In this document: positions 1 to 10,189 of the stretch, piece by piece
Numbering within the stretch: the stretch's first letter is position 1
How the letters are laid out: every line of letters starts with the position of its first letter
The notes under the pieces: generated by a model
Seen by the model: the letters and a program-made list of their open reading frames with translations, nothing else
Database searches by the model: none
Told to the model about the DNA's origin: nothing
From: Prochlorococcus sp. AG-355-B18
GTDB lineage: Bacteria > Cyanobacteriota > Cyanobacteriia > PCC-6307 > Cyanobiaceae
Direction of reading: 5' to 3'
Length of the DNA stretch: 64,000 nucleotides
NCBI GenBank assembly: GCA_003280965.1
Contig: QCDI01000007.1
Location: forward strand, 1-64,000
Position numbers and translations under genes: made by a program

Positions 1-214
1 ATTCAGGTAATAAAATTTAAAAAAAAAGAAAATTAATTTACATTTAAAAAAAACCTGAAAATTAATTAATTGTATTGATACCAATTGTTTTGGCGATAAA
101 TCTTTATTTTGAGAATTTTTTAGTAGTCAGAGGATCCTGACGACAGGGCAAAAAGACACACAATTTACAAAAAAAAAGAACATACTGATCCCAAACAAAA
201 ACGGAGATTTTAAA

Positions 215-1315
215 GTGCCTGAAGGGATCATGAATAAAGATCAATTACTCTCACTTACCCTCAGACAATTACGTCAAGAAGCAAGTAAATTATCAGTACC
301 GCTTTACAGTCGTAAAACAAAGGCTGTATTAGTTGACTTAATACTTAAATACCAAGAAAAATCCTCTAAGAAAATAAATATCAGCTCACCAGAGCCAAAA
401 TTTGAAGAAACTATTGATTCCAATATTCCAAATATCAGTGAAGAAGTCAAAACAAAAGTAGTATTTCTACCTCGAGATCCAGATTGGGCTTATGTTTTCT
501 GGCAAATTTCTGATGCTGATCGAGAAAAAGCACAATCCTTGGGCGCGAATAAATTATGTTTACGATTATTCGATGCATCTGGTTCTGAAGGAACCAACTT
601 TAATCAAGGAACACTAAGAGAGATAGCTGTTGATAGTTATAGTACTGAGTGGTACCTACCTATTCCACTTGCAGATAGGGACTATAAAGTCGAATTAGGT
701 TATAAATACGGTTTTAACTGGATGTCATTGGCATTCTCTTCCGTAAGTCATGTTCCTGGGTCTCATCCCTCTGAACAAATTCTTGATAAATTTGTACCTT
801 TTAATTTGGATTCTACCGCTGAGTCAATCCCAGATATATCAAACCCTGATCTTTCAGAACAAAATGGTATGCATGAAAGGTTATATCAAGCAGCAACTAA
901 CATTCCCCTCAGAACAAAAGTTGGTTCTGAAGAATTTATGGAAAACGTAAATTCAACAAATCTCAATGATAATCTCACAGATTCAGGAGCTGGTAAGTGG
1001 TCATCAGGTTTAAACGATTCGGGAAGTGGAATTGTTAAAAATAGGTCTTTTTGGTTAGTTGCTGATGCTGAATTAATAGTTTACGGAGCTACAGAACCTT
1101 CTGCAAAACTCACAATAGGTGGAGAAGATGTACCTCTTGCAGCTGATGGTACTTTTAAAATTCAAGTTCCATTCAGAGACGGGACTCAAAAATATGATAT
1201 TAAAGCTGTTGATGTATCTGGTGAGCAAGAAAAAAGTATATCAATGAAATTCGAAAGAACTACACCACTTGACGATACTAATGAAAAAGATAATGCTGAG
1301 ACAGAATGGTTTTAA
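215..1315 (+). CDS. DUF4912-type protein with N-terminal Rho-N-like domain
   Basis: N-terminal LTLRQLRQEA...YSRKTKA; LPRDPDWAYVFW; C-terminal ADAELIVYGATEP. Confidence 0.75.
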   Translation: MPEGIMNKDQLLSLTLRQLRQEASKLSVPLYSRKTKAVLVDLILKYQEKSSKKINISSPEPKFEETIDSNIPNISEEVKTKVVFLPRDPDWAYVFWQISDADREKAQSLGANKLCLRLFDASGSEGTNFNQGTLREIAVDSYSTEWYLPIPLADRDYKVELGYKYGFNWMSLAFSSVSHVPGSHPSEQILDKFVPFNLDSTAESIPDISNPDLSEQNGMHERLYQAATNIPLRTKVGSEEFMENVNSTNLNDNLTDSGAGKWSSGLNDSGSGIVKNRSFWLVADAELIVYGATEPSAKLTIGGEDVPLAADGTFKIQVPFRDGTQKYDIKAVDVSGEQEKSISMKFERTTPLDDTNEKDNAETEWF

Positions 1316-1328
1316 TTAAATAGAAGTA

Positions 1329-1499
1329 ATGCTGAAAAAATTTATAGCTTTTACTCCATTGTTTGGAGCATTAACATTTCCACTAATTGTTCCAATTACA
1401 ATTTCTAAATTTGGTGTTAACTATGGAATTATTAGTGCATTATTAATTTCCTCATTATGGTTTATCGCTATGTTAAGAACTTCTGAAATGCCTCATTAA
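1329..1499 (+). CDS. Small membrane protein, 56 aa (not in ORF track)
   Basis: Manual translation MLKKFIAFTPLFGALTFPLIVP...MLRTSEMPH*; two hydrophobic segments; fills the intergenic gap. Confidence 0.65.
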   Translation: MLKKFIAFTPLFGALTFPLIVPITISKFGVNYGIISALLISSLWFIAMLRTSEMPH

Positions 1500-1523
1500 T
1501 TTAGTTAGATTTTTGGAAGTTTC

Positions 1524-3170
1524 TTGAAAAATATGAATCAATTTAATGTAATCAATATAAATTCTCCTTTTTTAGATCAAAAACCCGGAACCTCTGGTTT
1601 AAGAAAAAGTACATTAAAGTTTCAGGAAGAACATTATCTAGAAATTTTTATTGAAGCAATTTTACAATCATTGGAAGATTTAAAAGGATCAACATTAGTA
1701 GTTGGTGGTGATGGAAGATATGGTAATTTTGAAGCAATACAAAAGATTGTTCAAATATGTGTTGCTCATAAAGTTCAAAAGGTTATTGTTCCAAAATACG
1801 GTTTATTATCTACACCTGCTACATCACATTTAATTAGAAAAGAAAAAGCAATTGGTGGAATTATTCTTTCTGCAAGCCATAATCCTGGTGGGATTGATGG
1901 CGACTTTGGAGTGAAATTGAATATCTCTAATGGTGGCCCAGCTCCTGAGATAATTACTAATAAGATTTATAAAGCTTCACAATTACTAACTAGTTATAAA
2001 ATTTGTAAAATTCAATTGCCGGATTTTAGTAAATATGAAACTTATTCTTACGGCGAAACCACTTTAGAAATTATTGATGGATTAAAAGATTATTCTAATT
2101 TGATGGAGAAAATTTTTGATTTTGATCAAATTAGTGATTTTTTAAAAAAAGACTTCTCGTTAATCTTTGATGCAATGAATGCGGTTACAGGCCCATACGC
2201 AAAAAACATTTTTGTTGAAAAAATGGGTCTTGCTCATGATTGTGTCATGAACGGTAATCCGTTAGAAGATTTTGGAGGTTTACATCCTGATCCTAATCTT
2301 ACTTATGCATCCCATTTAGCGGATTTGTTATTAAATAAAAAATCTTATAGTTTTGGTGCTGCCTGCGATGGAGATGGAGATAGGAATATGATTTTAGGAA
2401 GTGGATGTTTTGTAAATCCTAGTGATAGCCTAGCAGTTATCACTGCTAACACCAAAAGTGTCCCTGGTTATAAAGATGGCATTACAGGTGTGGCACGATC
2501 AATGCCAACAAGCTCTGCTGTTGATAATGTTGCTCGAGCATTAAACATACCGTGTTTCGAGACACCTACTGGTTGGAAGTTTTTTGGAAATCTTTTAGAC
2601 TCTAATTTAATTACTTTATGTGGAGAAGAAAGTTTTGGAACAGGTAGCAACCATGTGAGAGAGAAAGATGGATTATGGGCAGTTTTGTATTGGCTACAAG
2701 TTTTAGCTGATAAAAAATGTTCGGTAAGTGATTTGATGCAGAATCATTGGAAAAAATTTGGTAGGAATTATTATTCAAGACATGATTATGAGGCAATTCC
2801 TTCAAATATTGCTAATCAAATTTTTGGCAATCTTACTTTTATGCTAGAAAATTTAAAAGGAACTAGTTTTGCTGGTCATTTAGTTCAAGTTGCGGATAAC
2901 TTTTCATATTTAGATCCCGTTGATAATTCCATAAGTGAAAATCAAGGTTTAAGATTGGTGCTTGATGATAATTCTCGAGTAATTGTGCGCCTTTCTGGAA
3001 CTGGTACTAAGGGTGCAACATTAAGACTTTACTTTGAGAAATTTTTCCATCCTCAACAGAATCTTTCGTTAAATCCTCAAGTTGCTTTGAAACCTCTAAT
3101 AAATGATTTAGATGTTTTATTAAATATTTCAAAACTTACTCAAATGGAAACTCCTACTGTAATTACATAG
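1524..3170 (+). CDS. pgm: Phosphoglucomutase
   Basis: QKPGTSGLRK, SASHNP, DGDGDR, CGEESFG motifs. Confidence 0.95.
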   Translation: MKNMNQFNVININSPFLDQKPGTSGLRKSTLKFQEEHYLEIFIEAILQSLEDLKGSTLVVGGDGRYGNFEAIQKIVQICVAHKVQKVIVPKYGLLSTPATSHLIRKEKAIGGIILSASHNPGGIDGDFGVKLNISNGGPAPEIITNKIYKASQLLTSYKICKIQLPDFSKYETYSYGETTLEIIDGLKDYSNLMEKIFDFDQISDFLKKDFSLIFDAMNAVTGPYAKNIFVEKMGLAHDCVMNGNPLEDFGGLHPDPNLTYASHLADLLLNKKSYSFGAACDGDGDRNMILGSGCFVNPSDSLAVITANTKSVPGYKDGITGVARSMPTSSAVDNVARALNIPCFETPTGWKFFGNLLDSNLITLCGEESFGTGSNHVREKDGLWAVLYWLQVLADKKCSVSDLMQNHWKKFGRNYYSRHDYEAIPSNIANQIFGNLTFMLENLKGTSFAGHLVQVADNFSYLDPVDNSISENQGLRLVLDDNSRVIVRLSGTGTKGATLRLYFEKFFHPQQNLSLNPQVALKPLINDLDVLLNISKLTQMETPTVIT

Positions 3171-3203
3171 AATTGAAAGTAATGATTTTTTGATTTTATT
3201 TAT

Positions 3204-4493
3204 ATGTATTCAGAAAATTTATTTACTAATTATTCTCAAGTAGAAAATAATGCACCTTTGGCAGATAAATTAAGACCAAAGAATTTGGAAGATTTTTTTG
3301 GTCAAGAACCAATCCTTAATGAGAATTCGCTTTTAAGAAATGCAATTTTAAACGATAAGATTAGTAATTTTATTTTTTCAGGCCCTCCTGGTGTTGGAAA
3401 AACTACTCTAATTGAAATTATTTCCTTTAATACGCGTTCAAAATTAATTAAGTTAAATGCAGTATTATCAAGTGTTAAAGAATTAAGAAATGAAATCGCT
3501 AATGCAAAAGATAGATTATTAAATTCAAAAAGAAAAACAATTTTATTTATCGATGAGGTTCATAGATTTACATCAGTTCAGCAAGATGCTCTATTACCTT
3601 CAATAGAAAATGGAACTATAACTTTTATTGGTGCTACAACTGAAAACCCTTTTTTTGCTGTTAATAAAGCGCTTGTTAGCAGGTCTCGTATTTTTACATT
3701 ACTTCCTTTGGCAGAAAATGATTTGCAGAAAATAATACAAAAAGTTATAACTCACTATTTAAAACAAAAAGATTCAAAAAAGGTTTATCTAACTCAAGAT
3801 GCAATAAGTCATTTAATTAAATTTTCTGGTGGTGATGCAAGAACATTAATCAATGCGCTAGAGATGGCTATAGAAACAACTCCTGAAAATGATGCTGAAG
3901 AAATCAACATTAATCTCTCAATAGCAGAGGATGCTATTCAAAAGAAAAATATTGTTTACGATAAAAATGGTCAAAATCATTACGATGTAATAAGTGCCTT
4001 TATCAAGTCCATAAGAGGTTCTGATCCAGATGCAACATTATTCTGGCTTGCGAATATGGTGGAGGCTGGTGAAGATCCTAATTTTATTTTTAGAAGACTA
4101 CTTATATCTGCCAGTGAAGATATTGGAATAGCAGATCCAAATGCAATAGTAGTTGTACAATCTTGTTGTGATGCTTTTGATAGAGTTGGTTTTCCAGAGG
4201 GATTATATTTCTTAACGCAGGCTGCTTTGTGTTTAGCAATGTCTCCAAAAAGTAATAGTGCGAAAAGTATTTTTAAAGCAATTGAAATAATCAAATCTGC
4301 CAATCCTTTTGACGTTCCACTTCACTTAAAAAATAACTCTAATAGTTATGTCAATCCTCATAATTATCAAGGCAATTGGGTCGCACAAGAATATCTTCCA
4401 AAATCTTTAAGAGGTTTAAAAATATGGGAACCAAATAGTAATGGATGGGAGAAAACGAAATATGAAGAACTGCTTAGAAAAAAGGAAAACTAA
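3204..4493 (+). CDS. rarA: Replication-associated recombination AAA+ ATPase RarA/MgsA
   Basis: PLADKLRP, GPPGVGKT, DEVHRF, SAFIKSIRGSDPDA. Confidence 0.92.
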   Translation: MYSENLFTNYSQVENNAPLADKLRPKNLEDFFGQEPILNENSLLRNAILNDKISNFIFSGPPGVGKTTLIEIISFNTRSKLIKLNAVLSSVKELRNEIANAKDRLLNSKRKTILFIDEVHRFTSVQQDALLPSIENGTITFIGATTENPFFAVNKALVSRSRIFTLLPLAENDLQKIIQKVITHYLKQKDSKKVYLTQDAISHLIKFSGGDARTLINALEMAIETTPENDAEEININLSIAEDAIQKKNIVYDKNGQNHYDVISAFIKSIRGSDPDATLFWLANMVEAGEDPNFIFRRLLISASEDIGIADPNAIVVVQSCCDAFDRVGFPEGLYFLTQAALCLAMSPKSNSAKSIFKAIEIIKSANPFDVPLHLKNNSNSYVNPHNYQGNWVAQEYLPKSLRGLKIWEPNSNGWEKTKYEELLRKKEN

Positions 4494-5146
4494 AAATTTT
4501 TTGAACAACAAATAATCTCAGAATTAAAAGAGGTTTTTTCTTCGTAGGCTAAAGCGATAGTCCAATTATGGAAGTTTATCTGTGAATAATTTAGATGTAT
4601 GTTTTTCTTCTTATGAATTAACTCTTTTGGCTTTTCAAAAAATTGCCAATGGTTGATGTCTTTAGCTAATTTTCCATGATCCCATTTTATAGCCGCTTCA
4701 ACAGCACACCATTGATTTAATATCATATTTTTTGTCAAATAATTATTATGGTTTGATTTATTGGTATGAAAAAAATATTTTTCTGCAAATTTTACATGGT
4801 TAAAATCTCTATCTGATCTCTCAATATCAATCCCTATTTTGCTTTTGTGCCAGACTATAGTAATGGCATCTTTACAATGACTTAAACTTATATTTCCCAT
4901 GCCAGAGGGTAAAGTTGGAGGTTCTCCAGGATTAGCATTAATTGGAATTTCTAGGGGATCTAAATCAAAAAGAGTTGAAAGTGATTGTCTAATATAAGCT
5001 CTTGTTTCTAAAAAAACTTTTGATCTTAAATCTGAAAGTTTTTCTGCAGTTTTAATTTCCTCTACCGTTACGACATCTTGTACACCTTTAATCTCATAAA
5101 ACCAAATTTTTGGTATTTTATATTTATACTCATTTAATAATTTCAA
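4490..5146 (-). CDS. Sfp-type 4'-phosphopantetheinyl transferase (start uncertain)
   Basis: NISLSHC, IGIDIE, WCAVEAAIK. Confidence 0.85.
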   Translation of the reverse strand: MKLLNEYKYKIPKIWFYEIKGVQDVVTVEEIKTAEKLSDLRSKVFLETRAYIRQSLSTLFDLDPLEIPINANPGEPPTLPSGMGNISLSHCKDAITIVWHKSKIGIDIERSDRDFNHVKFAEKYFFHTNKSNHNNYLTKNMILNQWCAVEAAIKWDHGKLAKDINHWQFFEKPKELIHKKKNIHLNYSQINFHNWTIALAYEEKTSFNSEIICCSKNF

Positions 5147-5613
5147 TGGCTCTTAAGGTCGGTGACAAAGCACCAGAATTTAAATTAAAAGATTCTTCTG
5201 AGAAGGAAGTGTCTCTTAAAGATTTTAAAGGTAAAAAAATAATACTATATTTTTATCCCAAAGATAATACTCCAGGATGCACTAAGGAAGCCTGTAATTT
5301 TAAAGAAAATTGGGATTTGCTACAGAAAAATAATATTGTTGTACTTGGTATTAGTAAAGATAATGCCTCTTCTCATCAGAAGTTTATAGAAAAATTTAAT
5401 TTACCTTTTATTCTTTTAACTGATCCTGAACCTTATAAAGTTTCTTCTGATTACGATAGCTATGGACTTAAGAAATTCATGGGAAAAGAATATATGGGAA
5501 TGATGAGAAATACTTTTTTGATTGATGCAGATGGTAACATCGAAAAAATTTACTTAAAGGTGAAAGCAGCAATAATGGCCGATCATATTATTGCTGATCT
5601 TGGATTAAAGTAG
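5146..5613 (+). CDS. bcp: Peroxiredoxin BCP/PrxQ
   Basis: YFYPKDNTPGCTKEAC; start set at MALKVGDKAP. Confidence 0.92.
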   Translation: MALKVGDKAPEFKLKDSSEKEVSLKDFKGKKIILYFYPKDNTPGCTKEACNFKENWDLLQKNNIVVLGISKDNASSHQKFIEKFNLPFILLTDPEPYKVSSDYDSYGLKKFMGKEYMGMMRNTFLIDADGNIEKIYLKVKAAIMADHIIADLGLK

Positions 5614-6300
5614 CTTTTTTATGGAAAGGTGGTGAATGATCATTCCTTCCATAACTAAATTAGGAGCATTGATAATATTCTCTTTTTGAGTTTTTAGAGA
5701 TTTTGCAAAAAATTCAGAATCTCCTCCACATATTATTAAAATATCCTTTGAGGGAATAAATAGATTTTTAATAACGCTAGTAAGAGAGTTGATTACACCT
5801 TTTAAAATTGCTTCTTCTGTATTAATTAAAAAATCTTTGATAGGAATTTTATATTTTTTGGGAATTTTGAGATTTTTTGTATTTTGTTCCATTGATTTTA
5901 ATTGTGTTAGAAAACCTGGAATAAGTTGACCACCAAGAATGAAACCATTTGCATTTAATTTTGTTATTGATAATATTGTTCCAAAATCTGCAATTAGCAA
6001 ATCTTTATTTAAAGGGTTTTCAATAATTTTTAAAGCTGCAGTGCAAGCAAGAGCTCTATCAACTCCAAAATAATCAGGGAGATTTGATAATTGAATATCT
6101 TTAGTTTTTATTTCATTTTCTTCTTTCAGCAAAAAATTAGGTAATTTTCCTACAGAAGCCCAAATTAAATTATCAAGATCTATATTTTCGGGAACTTTTT
6201 GATCTTTTTGGGTATGGAAGAATTTAGATTGATTTTGAGAATATTTAGCCCAATGAAGCCTACTATTGCCTACCAATAAAAAATTTAAATTTGAGACCAT
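5605..6300 (-). CDS. coaX: Type III pantothenate kinase
   Basis: VGNSRLHW, FGVDR, ADFGT, CGGD. Confidence 0.88.
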   Translation of the reverse strand: MVSNLNFLLVGNSRLHWAKYSQNQSKFFHTQKDQKVPENIDLDNLIWASVGKLPNFLLKEENEIKTKDIQLSNLPDYFGVDRALACTAALKIIENPLNKDLLIADFGTILSITKLNANGFILGGQLIPGFLTQLKSMEQNTKNLKIPKKYKIPIKDFLINTEEAILKGVINSLTSVIKNLFIPSKDILIICGGDSEFFAKSLKTQKENIINAPNLVMEGMIIHHLSIKKLL

Positions 6301-6315
6301 TGTTTTATGATCAAT

Positions 6316-7038
6316 TTAATTATTAGTGTGTATACCACATTCTTGTTTAATACCCCCAAATCTTGTATCTCTACCTTGTGTTTTGATACCATCGGGACTG
6401 CTTGAATGCCAATCACCTACAGTTGAATAACCTTTGAGAAAAAGTGGATGGTCAGGTAAATTATTCTCTTCCATATAATAAAAAATATCTTTATTTGTCC
6501 AATTTAATAATGGTCTCAAAGAAAGTCTTTGGCGAATTACGTCTAGGAATTTCATTTTGTTTCTATTTTCTGTTTGAGTTGATCTAATACCGCTTGCCCA
6601 GCAGTAAATATTATATTTTTCTAGACCATTTTCTAAAGGTTGTATCTTTCTTAATTCATGATATTTATCCAAATCAGTCTCTTTATTTGTTTCCCAAAGT
6701 TTTCCGTATTTAGCCTCCATTCTTGCTGGAGATAATACACTTTGTAGAACTTCTACTTCTAAAGACAAATCCTCAATAAGCTTTTCAGCGTAATGATATG
6801 TTTCTGGAGGAAGGTAACCTGTATCTATCCAAAATATTTTGATTTTTTTTTGAAGACATAATTTGCTGACCATATCTAAAAGGACGGATGACTGTATTCC
6901 AAAACTTGTTGTTATAGCAAATTGATTATCAAATTTTTCATAACCCCATGTAAGCATTTCTTGAGGCTTCATATCTACTAGCTCTTTACTATATTTCCCT
7001 AAGTTAGGTTGAATATCTTTATGTATGTTTTCAATCAT
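6316..7038 (-). CDS. cysH: PAPS reductase
   Basis: TTSFG, DTGYL, GYSTVGD, C-terminal ECGIH. Confidence 0.93.
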   Translation of the reverse strand: MIENIHKDIQPNLGKYSKELVDMKPQEMLTWGYEKFDNQFAITTSFGIQSSVLLDMVSKLCLQKKIKIFWIDTGYLPPETYHYAEKLIEDLSLEVEVLQSVLSPARMEAKYGKLWETNKETDLDKYHELRKIQPLENGLEKYNIYCWASGIRSTQTENRNKMKFLDVIRQRLSLRPLLNWTNKDIFYYMEENNLPDHPLFLKGYSTVGDWHSSSPDGIKTQGRDTRFGGIKQECGIHTNN

Positions 7039-7127
7039 TCTTCAATTTGGTTATGGGTTTAATTTTATTTCGCTCAATTTGAAAATTCTTCGTATAGTTT
7101 AATAATACATTTACGCATAACAATATT

Positions 7128-8327
7128 TTGCTAATGAAATCAATACAAAAACCAATAGTAATAGTTGGAGCAGGTTTTGCAGGTATGACATTTGCGTTGA
7201 GTTTAAAGAATCTTAATCCTTCTTTACCGATTCTTGTTGTTGATTCTGAATCAAACTTTATATTTAAACCTTTAATGTATGAAGTCTTAAGTAAAGAAAT
7301 AAGAATGTGGGAAGCTACGCCAAAATTTGCAAATATTTTTTCTGATGCAGGTATAACTTTTTTAAAAAATTGTTTAACCAAGATTTCCTTTAAAGAAAAT
7401 ATTCTTGAATTTAGTGATGAATTAAAATTAAGTTATCAATATCTTGTAATCTGTACAGGATCTACTCCAAATAGTTTTTCAATAAAAGGTGTTTATGAAA
7501 ATTGTTATTTTTTTAATGATTTTCAAGATCTTAAAAAATTAAAATCTTTTTTAATAAAATTACAGAAAACTTCTTTTCATAAAAAGTTATTCATAGTTGG
7601 AGGTGGTCCCTCTGGTATCGAATTGGCATGTAAAATTAAAGATATATTTCTTGATCAATTTGAAATTAATGTAATAGAAAAATCAAATGAAATTCTTAAC
7701 AGAAATAAAATTTTTAATCGAGAACAAGCAGAGAAGGCATTAGAAAAAAGAAAAATCAAAGTTATTTTAAATTCTAAGGTTAAAGAAGTATCAGAAACTA
7801 AAATTAGTATTGATGGTGAGGATGGAACAACTTCTTTGGATAAAGATGTTGTTATTTGGACTGCAGGAGTTAAACCTAATTTGTCTTATTTGGAAAATGA
7901 TGAAATTACCAAAAAATTTGGAAGAATTTTAGTTAATAATAAATTGCAAATTGAAAATAATGATAATTGTTTTGCTATTGGCGATATTTCAATTGTTGAA
8001 GGAATGGAGGATTTACCCATAACTGCTCAGGTTGCTATGCAGGAAGGAAATCATCTTGCTAAAAACCTAGAACTATTAATTCAAGGAAAGGATCCTTTAC
8101 CTTTTGAGTTTCAAGACAATGGTGAAATGATTAGCTTAGGAATAGGCGAAGCTTCAATTTCTGGGCTTGGCATTACTTTATCTGGTAAATTGGCTTTTGA
8201 AGCAAGAAGACTTATATATGCTTCCAAGTTGCCTGATATTACGGAAAGCTTAAAATCTGCATCTTCATGGATATTTCAAAAAAAATCTATTTTTAAAAAG
8301 TTTTTTAAAAATGATAATTCCAATTAA
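7128..8327 (+). CDS. Type II NADH dehydrogenase-like FAD oxidoreductase
   Basis: GAGFAG, VGGGPSGIELA, WTAG, AIGD, TAQVAMQEG. Confidence 0.85.
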   Translation: MLMKSIQKPIVIVGAGFAGMTFALSLKNLNPSLPILVVDSESNFIFKPLMYEVLSKEIRMWEATPKFANIFSDAGITFLKNCLTKISFKENILEFSDELKLSYQYLVICTGSTPNSFSIKGVYENCYFFNDFQDLKKLKSFLIKLQKTSFHKKLFIVGGGPSGIELACKIKDIFLDQFEINVIEKSNEILNRNKIFNREQAEKALEKRKIKVILNSKVKEVSETKISIDGEDGTTSLDKDVVIWTAGVKPNLSYLENDEITKKFGRILVNNKLQIENNDNCFAIGDISIVEGMEDLPITAQVAMQEGNHLAKNLELLIQGKDPLPFEFQDNGEMISLGIGEASISGLGITLSGKLAFEARRLIYASKLPDITESLKSASSWIFQKKSIFKKFFKNDNSN

Positions 8328-8376
8328 ACTTTTTTGAAATATTGTTTTTGGGTATATTGAGTTAAATAAGTTTCAT

Positions 8377-10188
8377 ATGAATTTAATTGCAGTAGTTAGT
8401 AATAATTTTCATGCGTTTATAACGGTGGTTGTTTTAATAATGTCAATTATTTTGTTCATTAAAAATACTATTGCACCAGAATTGACTGGTTTGTTATGTG
8501 TTGGAATATTTATAGCTACAGGGGTTCTTTCTCCTGAAAAAGCTTTAGCTGGATTTGGGAGCCCATCCTTAATTACCCTTATGGGTTTATTTGCAGTTTC
8601 CTCTGCATTATTTAAAAGTGGTGCCTTAGACAGAGTAAGAGAATTGATTTCTTCTGAAAGTATTAGAACGCCAAGAAAATTAATTTCTTTAATAGCTTTT
8701 TTGATTGCTCCAATATCTGGAATTGTTCCTAATACTCCAGTAGTAGCTTCTTTGTTACCTTTAATTGAAGGTTGGTGTGAGCGGAGAAATATATCACCAT
8801 CAAAAGTTTTATTACCTCTTTCTTTTGCTACTTTACTAGGTGGAACTCTGACATTATTAGGTAGCTCAGTAAATCTTCTTGTAAGTGATATTAGTCAACA
8901 ATTAGGTTATGGAGCTTTGGAATTATTTAGTTTGACGTCAATTGGAATTCCTGTGTGGCTTATAGGCACAACCTATATGATTCTTGTTTCTGATATGCTT
9001 TTGCCAGATAGAGGGAGAGATAAGGAGTTTATTAAAAATGGGGATATGAATATTTACTTTACTGAAGTCACTATTCCTTCTACTTCAGAATTAGTTGGGC
9101 AATCTGTCAGAAATAGTAGATTGCAAAGACGATTTGATGTTGATGTTCTGGAATTGCAACGAAATGGAAAAGTTATTCTTCCTCCTTTGGCTGATAGAAA
9201 GATTGAACCGGATGATAGATTGATAATTCGTGTAACAAGGGCAGACTTATTTAGACTGCAGCAAGAACACACCATTTTGCTAGGAGAAAATAAAACATCT
9301 TTCGACGGAGCTAATGTTTTCTCAGATGATGAAGGTACAAAAACTTTTGAAGCATTGTTGCCAGCAGGTTCAACTCTTGCTGGCGCAAGTTTGAGAGAAT
9401 TAAGATTTAGGCAGCGCCACAATGCAACAGTTTTAGCACTCAGAAGAGGTCAGCAAACTGTTCAGGAAAGATTAGGACAAGCTGTTTTAAGGGCCGGAGA
9501 TGTTTTATTATTACAAGCGCCGTTAGATTCAATAAGAGGTTTGCAAGCTAGTAATGATTTGCTGATTCTAGATCAATTTGAAGATGATTTACCTTTTTTG
9601 ATAAAAAAACCTATATCTATTGCAATTGCTATAGGAATGGTGGTTTTGCCTTCGGTTACCAATATTCCATTAGTAGGATCAGTTCTTTTAGCAGTTATTG
9701 CAATGGTCGCTTTTGGATGTTTACGACCTGCAGAAATACAAAAATCAATTAAGTTAGACGTTATTTTATTGCTTGGTTCATTATCAAGTTTTAGTGTAGC
9801 TATGCAAGTAACAGGATTAGCAGATTTAATAGCAGTTAATCTCAATTTTGCTCTTAATGGAATGCCTCTTTATTTTGCACTTGTCTTAATTTTTGTATCG
9901 ACCCTAATCCTTACTCAATTTATTAGTAATGCTGCTTCTGTTGCTTTGATTTTGCCTGTCGCGATTGAATTTTCAAATGTTTTAGGGATTTCTCCTAACG
10001 CTTTAATAATGCTTGTTTTATTCGGAGCAAGTCAGTCTTTCTTGACTCCAATGGGTTATCAAACAAATTTAATGGTTTTCGGCCCTGGAAGATATAGATT
10101 TTTTGATATTGCAAAATACGGAGCTGGTTTAACGCTTATAATGTCATTTACGGTGCCAGCATTGATAATTTTAAATTTTTATAAATAA
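8377..10188 (+). CDS. SLC13/DASS family permease with TrkA-C domains
   Basis: Multiple TM segments, GGTLTLLGSSVN, FLTPMGYQTN, central soluble repeats. Confidence 0.85.
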   Translation: MNLIAVVSNNFHAFITVVVLIMSIILFIKNTIAPELTGLLCVGIFIATGVLSPEKALAGFGSPSLITLMGLFAVSSALFKSGALDRVRELISSESIRTPRKLISLIAFLIAPISGIVPNTPVVASLLPLIEGWCERRNISPSKVLLPLSFATLLGGTLTLLGSSVNLLVSDISQQLGYGALELFSLTSIGIPVWLIGTTYMILVSDMLLPDRGRDKEFIKNGDMNIYFTEVTIPSTSELVGQSVRNSRLQRRFDVDVLELQRNGKVILPPLADRKIEPDDRLIIRVTRADLFRLQQEHTILLGENKTSFDGANVFSDDEGTKTFEALLPAGSTLAGASLRELRFRQRHNATVLALRRGQQTVQERLGQAVLRAGDVLLLQAPLDSIRGLQASNDLLILDQFEDDLPFLIKKPISIAIAIGMVVLPSVTNIPLVGSVLLAVIAMVAFGCLRPAEIQKSIKLDVILLLGSLSSFSVAMQVTGLADLIAVNLNFALNGMPLYFALVLIFVSTLILTQFISNAASVALILPVAIEFSNVLGISPNALIMLVLFGASQSFLTPMGYQTNLMVFGPGRYRFFDIAKYGAGLTLIMSFTVPALIILNFYK

Positions 10189-10189
10189 A